NCBI GenBank assembly: GCA_964016885.1
Contig: OZ024741.1
Location: 1 to 64,000 of the forward strand
DNA length: 64,000 nt
DNA from: Eledone cirrhosa
Lineage: Eukaryota
Reading direction: 5' to 3'
Shown here: piece by piece, positions 57,183-64,000 of the stretch
How positions within the stretch are numbered: position 1 is the stretch's first letter
Layout: each line of letters starts with the position of its first letter
Made by a program: the position numbers and the translations under genes
The notes under the pieces: generated by a model
The model's database searches: none
Told to the model about the DNA's origin: nothing
Seen by the model: the letters and a program-made list of their open reading frames with translations, nothing else

Positions 57183-60100
57183 CACCAACAACAACAATAA
57201 CACCAACAACAACAATAACACCAACAACAACAATAACATCAACAACAACAATAACACCAACACCAACAATAACACCAACACCAACAATAACACCAACAAC
57301 AACAATAACACCAACAACAACAATAACACCAACAACAACAATAACATCAACAACAACAATAACATCAACAACAACAATAACACCAACAATAACACCAACA
57401 CCAACAATAACACCAACAACAACAATAACACCAACACCAACAATAACACCAACACCAACAATAACACCAACAACAACAATAACACCAATAACAACAATAA
57501 CACCAACAACAACAATAACACCAACAACAACAATAACACCAACAATAACACCAACAACAACAATAACATCAACACCAGCAATAACACCAACACCAACAAT
57601 AACACCAACACCAACAATAACACCAACAACAACAATAACACCAACAACAACAATAACACCAACAACAACAATAACATCACCAACAACAATAACATCAACA
57701 ACAACAATAACACCAACAATAACACCAACAATAACACCAACAACAACAATAACACCAACAACAACAATAACACCAACACCAACAATAACACCAACAACAA
57801 CAATAACAACAACAACAATAACACCAACAACAACAATAACACCAACAACAACAATAACACCAACAACAACAATAACACCAACAACAACAATAACATCAAC
57901 AACAACAATAACACCAACACCAACAATAACACCAGCACCAACAATAACACCAACACCAACAATAACACCAACACCAACAATAACACCAACACCAACAATA
58001 ACACCAACAACAACAATAACATCAACAACAACAATAACACCAACACCAACAATAACACCAACACCCACAATAACACCAACACCAACAATAACACCAACAC
58101 CAACAATAACACCAACACCAACAATAACACCAACAACAACAATAACACCAACAACAACAATAACACCAACAACAACAATAACACCAACAACAACAATAAC
58201 ATCAACAACAACAATAACATCAACAACAACAATAACACCAACAACAACAATAACACCAACAATAACACCAACAACAACAATAACACCTACAACAACAATA
58301 ACACCAACACCATCATTAACACCAACACCAACAATAACACCAACAACAACAATAACACCAACAACAACAATAACACCAACAACAACAATAACACCAACAC
58401 CAACAATAACACCAACACCAACAATAACACCAACACCAACAACAACACCTACAACAACAATAACACCAACACCAACAATAACACCAACGCCAACAATAAC
58501 ACCAACAACAACAATAACACCAACACCAACAATAACACCAACACCAACAATAACACCAACAACAACAATAACACCAACAACAACAATAACACCAACAACA
58601 ACAATAACACCAACACCAACAATAACACCAACAACAACAATGACACCAACACCAACAGTAACACCAACAACAACAATAACACCAGCAACAACAATAACAT
58701 CAACAACAATAATAACATCAACAACAACAATAACATCAACAACAACACCAACACCAACAATAATACCAACAACAACAATAACACCAACACCAACAATAAC
58801 ACCAACACCAACAATAACACCAACAACAACAATAACACCAACAACAACAATAACACCAACAACAACAATAACATCAACAACAATAACACCAACAATAACA
58901 CCAACACCAACAATAACACCAACAACAACAATAACACCAACAACAACAATAACACCAACAACAACAATAACATCAACAACAACAATAACACCAACAACAA
59001 CAATAACACCAACAATAACAATAACACCAACAACAACAATAACACCAACAACAACAATAACACCAACAACAACAATAACATCAACAACAACAATAACATC
59101 AACAACAACAATAACACCAACAATAACACCAACAACAACAATAACACCTACAACAACAATAACACCAACACCAACAATAACAGCAACACCAACAATAACA
59201 CCAACAACAACAATAACACCAACAACAACAATAACACCAACACCAACAATAACACCAACACCAACAATAACACCAACAACAACAATAACACCAACAACAA
59301 CAATAACACCAACAACAACAATAACATCAACAACAACAATAACATCAACAACAACAATAACACCAACAATAACACCAACAACAACAATAACACCTACAAC
59401 AACAATAACACCAACACCAACAATAACACCAACACCAACAATAACACCAACAACAACAATAACACCAACAACAACAATAACACCAACAACAACAATAACA
59501 CCAACAACAACAATAACACCAACACCAACAATAACACCAACACCAACAATAACACCTACAACAACAATAACACCAACACCAACAATAACACCAACGCCAA
59601 CAATAACACCAACAACAACAATAACACCAACACCAACAATAACACCAACACCAACAATAACACCAACGCCAACAATAACACCAATACCAACAATAACACC
59701 AACAACAACAATAACACCAACACCAACAATAACACCAACAACAACAATAACACCAACAACAACAATAACACCAACAACAACAATAACATCAACAACAATA
59801 ACACCAACAATAACACCAACACCAACAATAACACCAACACCAACAATAACACCAACAACAACAATAACACCAACAACAACAATAACACCAACACCATCAA
59901 TAACACCAACGCCAAAAATAACACCAACAACAACAATAACACCAACACCAACAATAACACCAACACCAACAATAACACCAACAACAACAATAACACCAAC
60001 AACAACAATAACACCAACAATAACACCAACAACAACAATGACACCAACACCAACAATAACACCAACACCAACAATAACACCAACAACAACAATAACACCA

Positions 60101-63100
60101 ACAACAACAATAACATCAACAACAACAATAACATCAACAACAACAATAACATCAACAACAACACCAACACCAACAATAACACCAACAACAACAATAACAC
60201 CAACACCAACAATAACACCAACAACAACAATAACACCAACAACAACAATAACACCAACAATAACACCAACAACAACAATAACATCAACAACAACAATAAC
60301 AGCAACACCAACAATAACACCAACAACAACAATAACATCAACAACAACAATAACACCAACAATAACACCAACAACAACAATAACATCAACACCAACAATA
60401 ACAGCAACACCAACAATAACACCAACAACAACAATAACACCAACACCAACAATAACACCAACAATAACACCAACAACAACAATAACACCAACAACAACAA
60501 TAACAGCAACACCAACAATAACACCAACAACAACAATAACATCAACAACAACAATAACACCAACACCAACAATAACACCAACAATAACACCAACAACAAC
60601 AATAACACCAACAACAACAATAACAGCAACACCAACAATAACACCAACAACAACAATAACATCAACAACAACAATAACACCAACACCAACAATAACACCA
60701 ACAATAACACCAACAACAACAATAACACCAACAATAACACCAACACCAATAATAACACCAACAACAACAATAACACCAACAACAACAATAACACCAACAA
60801 TAACACCAACAACAACAATAACATCAACAACAACAATAACAGCAACACCAACAATAACACCAACAACAACAATAACAGCAACACCAACAATAACACCAAC
60901 AACAACAATAACACCAACAACAACAATAACACCAACAACAACAATAACATCAACAACAATAACACCAACAACAACAATAACACCAACAATAACACCAACA
61001 ATAACACCAACAACAACAATAACACCAACAACAACAATAACACCAACAACAACAATAACACCAACAACAACAATAACACCAACAACAACAATAACACCAA
61101 CAACAACAATAACACCAACAACAACAATAACACCAACAACAACAATAACAACAACAACAACAATAACATCAACAACAACAATAACATCAACAACAACAAT
61201 AACACCAACACCAACAATAACACCAACACCAACAATAACACCAACACCAACAATAACACCAACACCAACAATAACACCAACACCAACAATAACACCAACA
61301 ACAACAATAACATCAACAACAACAATAACACCAACACCAACAATAACACCAACACCAACAATAACACCAACACCAACAATAACACCAACACCAACAATAA
61401 CACCAACACCAACAATAACACCAACAACAACAATAACACCAACAACAACAATAACACCAACAACAACAATAACACCAACAACAACAATAACATCAACAAC
61501 AACAATAACATCAACAACAACAATAACACCAACAACAACAATAACACCAACAATAACACCAACAACAACAATAACACCTACAACAACAATAACACCAACA
61601 CCAACAATAACACCAAGGCCAACAATAACACCAACAACAACAATAACACCAACAACAACAATAACACCAACAACAACAATAACACCAACACCAACAATAA
61701 CACCAACACCAACAATAACACCAACACCAACAATAACACCTACAACAACAATAACACCAACACCAACAATAACACCAACGCCAACAATAACACCAACAAC
61801 AACAATAACACCAACACCAACAATAACACCAACACCAACAATAGCACCAACAACGACAATAACACCAACAACAACAATAACACCAACAACAACAATAACA
61901 CCAACACCAACAATAACACCAACAACAACAATAACACCAACACCAACAATAACACCAACAACAACAATAACACCAACAACAACAATAACATCAACAACAA
62001 TAATAACATCAACAACAACAATAACATCAACAACAACACCAACACCAACAATAATACCAACAACAACAATAACACCAACACCAACAATAACACCAACACC
62101 AACAATAACACCAACAACAACAATAACACCAACAACAACAATAACACCAACAACAATAATAACATCAACAACAATAACACCAACAATAACACCAACAATA
62201 ACACCAACAACAACAATAACACCAACAATAACACCAACAAGAACAATAACACCAACAACAACAATAACATCAACAACAATAACACCAACAATAACACCAA
62301 CATCAACAATAACACCAACAACCACAATAACACCAACAACAACAATAACACCAACAACCACAATAACTCCAACAACAACAATAACAACAACAACAACAAT
62401 AACACCAACAACAACAATAACACCAACAACAACAATAACACCAACAACAACAATAACACCAACAACAACAATAACACCAACAACCACAATAACACCAACA
62501 ACAACAATAACACCAACAACAACAATAACACCAACAATAACACCAACAACAACAATAACACCAACAACAACAATAACACCAACAATAACACCAACACCAA
62601 CAATAACACCAACAATAACAATAACACCAACACCAACAATAACACCAACAACAACAATAATATCAACAACAACAATAACACCAACAACAACAATAACACC
62701 AACAATAACACCAACAACAACAATAACACCAACAACAACAATAGCACCAACAATAAGACCAACAACAACAATAACACCAACAACAACAATAACACCAACA
62801 ATAACACCAACACCAACAATAACACCAACAATAACAATAACACCAACACCAACAATAACACCAACAACAACAATAACATCAACAACAACAATAACACCAA
62901 CACCAACAATAACACCAACAATAACACCAACAATAACACCAACAATAACACCAACAATAACACCAACACCAACAATAACACCAACAACAACAATAACACC
63001 AACACCAACAATAACACCAACACCAACAATAACACCAACAATAACACCAACAACAACAATAACATCAACAACAACAATAACCCCAACACCAACAATAACA

Positions 63101-63187
63101 CCAACAACAACAATAACATCAACAATAACAATAACACCAACACCAACAATAACACCAACAACAACAATAACACCAACAACACAATAA
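57177..63187 (+). CDS. Downstream continuation of the PTS-type reading after a -1 shift (frame +2; track ORF 58640..63187), ending at a second copy of the same 1-bp deletion
   Basis: Same ITPTTT polymer with added ITATPT units. It ends ITPTTQ-stop, exactly like the 21933..57182 ORF. Confidence 0.2.
60421..60730. repeat. 120-bp tandem repeat (about 2.5 copies) carrying the local ITATPT variant unit
   Basis: The lines starting at 60481 and 60601 are identical, as are 60541 and 60661. The line at 60421 differs by one base. Confidence 0.9.
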
Positions 63188-64000
63188 CACCAACAACAAC
63201 AATAACACCAACAACAACAATAACACCAACAACAACAATAACATCAACAACAACAATAACACCAACACCAACAATAACACCAACACCAACAATAACACCA
63301 ACAACAACAATAACACCAACAACAACAATAACACCAACAACAACAATAACATCAACAACAACAATAACATCAACAACAACAATAACACCAACAATAACAC
63401 CAACACCAACAATAACACCAACAACAACAATAACACCAACACCAACAATAACACCAACACCAACAATAACACCAACAACAACAATAACACCAATAACAAC
63501 AATAACACCAACAACAACAATAACACCAACAACAACAATAACACCAACAATAACACCAACAACAACAATAACATCAACACCAGCAATAACACCAACACCA
63601 ACAATAACACCAACACCAACAATAACACCAACAACAACAATAACACCAACAACAACAATAACACCAACAACAACAATAACATCACCAACAACAATAACAT
63701 CAACAACAACAATAACACCAACAATAACACCAACAATAACACCAACAACAACAATAACACCAACAACAACAATAACACCAACACCAACAATAACACCAAC
63801 AACAACAATAACAACAACAACAACAATAACACCAACAACAACAATAACACCAACAACAACAATAACACCAACAACAACAATAACACCAACAACAACAATA
63901 ACATCAACAACAACAATAACACCAACACCAACAATAACACCAGCACCAACAATAACACCAACACCAACAATAACACCAACACCAACAATAACACCAACAC

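Larger units (their letters stand above)
1..64000. repeat. Giant AAC-derived minisatellite/satellite array with 18-bp consensus ATAACACCAACAACAACA and variants ATAACACCAACACCAACA, ATAACATCAACAACAACA, ATAACATCAACACCAACA and 12-bp ATAACACCAACA; extends past both window edges
   Basis: Read directly: every line consists of these units, no unique spacer or flank is present, and G occurs on the + strand only as scattered point variants. Confidence 0.99.
54900..64000. repeat. Direct duplication ~54900-57995 = ~60890-64000 (offset 6005 bp), including the frameshift; diverged partial copies lie between
   Basis: ORF boundary pairs 55572/61577, 55735/61740, 57114/63119 and 57182/63187 all differ by 6005. 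Shared markers include ATAGCACC, ATAAGACC, ACTCC and AACCCC. Confidence 0.93.

Noticed and set aside
21-64000. Dozens of minus-strand poly-Leu/Val/Met ORFs and short Cys/Trp/Tyr ORFs
   Set aside because: They are shadows of the repeat. Their ends fall at point variants such as CCTA (TAG on the minus strand). I used them only as markers for duplication offsets.
1-64000. CRISPR-like or spacer-containing array
   Set aside because: There are no unique spacers, no palindromic repeat and no cas genes. Variation is limited to a few unit types and point changes.
1-64000. Direct product of telomerase or another short-template reverse transcriptase, or a G-quadruplex array
   Set aside because: Unit order and rare SNPs are copied faithfully over kilobases, which points to DNA-level duplication rather than repeated synthesis from a short template. 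The minus strand has mostly GG doublets and almost no GGG runs.
1-64000. Assignment to a named gene such as MUC2 or MUC5AC, or to a particular taxon
   Set aside because: The similarity is only compositional. The 6-aa unit with nearly all A-ending codons does not match a repeat I can recognise, and no unique sequence is present.
1-64000. Pure sequencing artefact or random low-complexity sequence
   Set aside because: A consistent unit grammar, 45 kb without frame-breaking indels and hierarchically shared SNP haplotypes fit an evolved array better. Copy number and block order could still be misassembled.

Overview
All 64 kb lie inside one strand-asymmetric tandem array that runs off both ends. 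There is no unique sequence and no recognisable conventional gene, RNA gene, transposon or CRISPR array. The + strand is about 60% A, 35% C and 6% T with almost no G (estimated from the consensus unit). The base unit is an 18-mer, ATAACA-[CCA/TCA]ACA-[ACA/CCA]ACA, plus a 12-bp form ATAACACCAACA, roughly 3,500-3,700 units in total (estimate). Rare SNP markers show nested duplications with periods of 54, 120, 126, ~950, 2454, 2610, 2910, ~3180, 3552, 3882, 6005/6006 and 6807 bp. On the + strand the repeat has three readings. One gives a mucin-like PTS polymer (ITPTTT/ITPTPT/ITSTTT/ITSTPT), stop-free over about 15,100 codons (11826-57182). One gives an Asn/Thr polymer (NNNNNT). The third is closed by TAA in almost every unit. 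The register breaks at only a few points: a TGA at 3314, six 1-bp deletions at 11314-11510, a 1-bp insertion at 11831, and a duplicated 1-bp deletion at 57176 and 63181. The two leading readings are the interior of an unusually large mucin-type PTS exon or a non-coding AAC-derived satellite. This window alone cannot decide between them or identify the organism. The long minus-strand Leu-rich and Val/Ile/Gly-rich ORFs are treated as antisense shadows.
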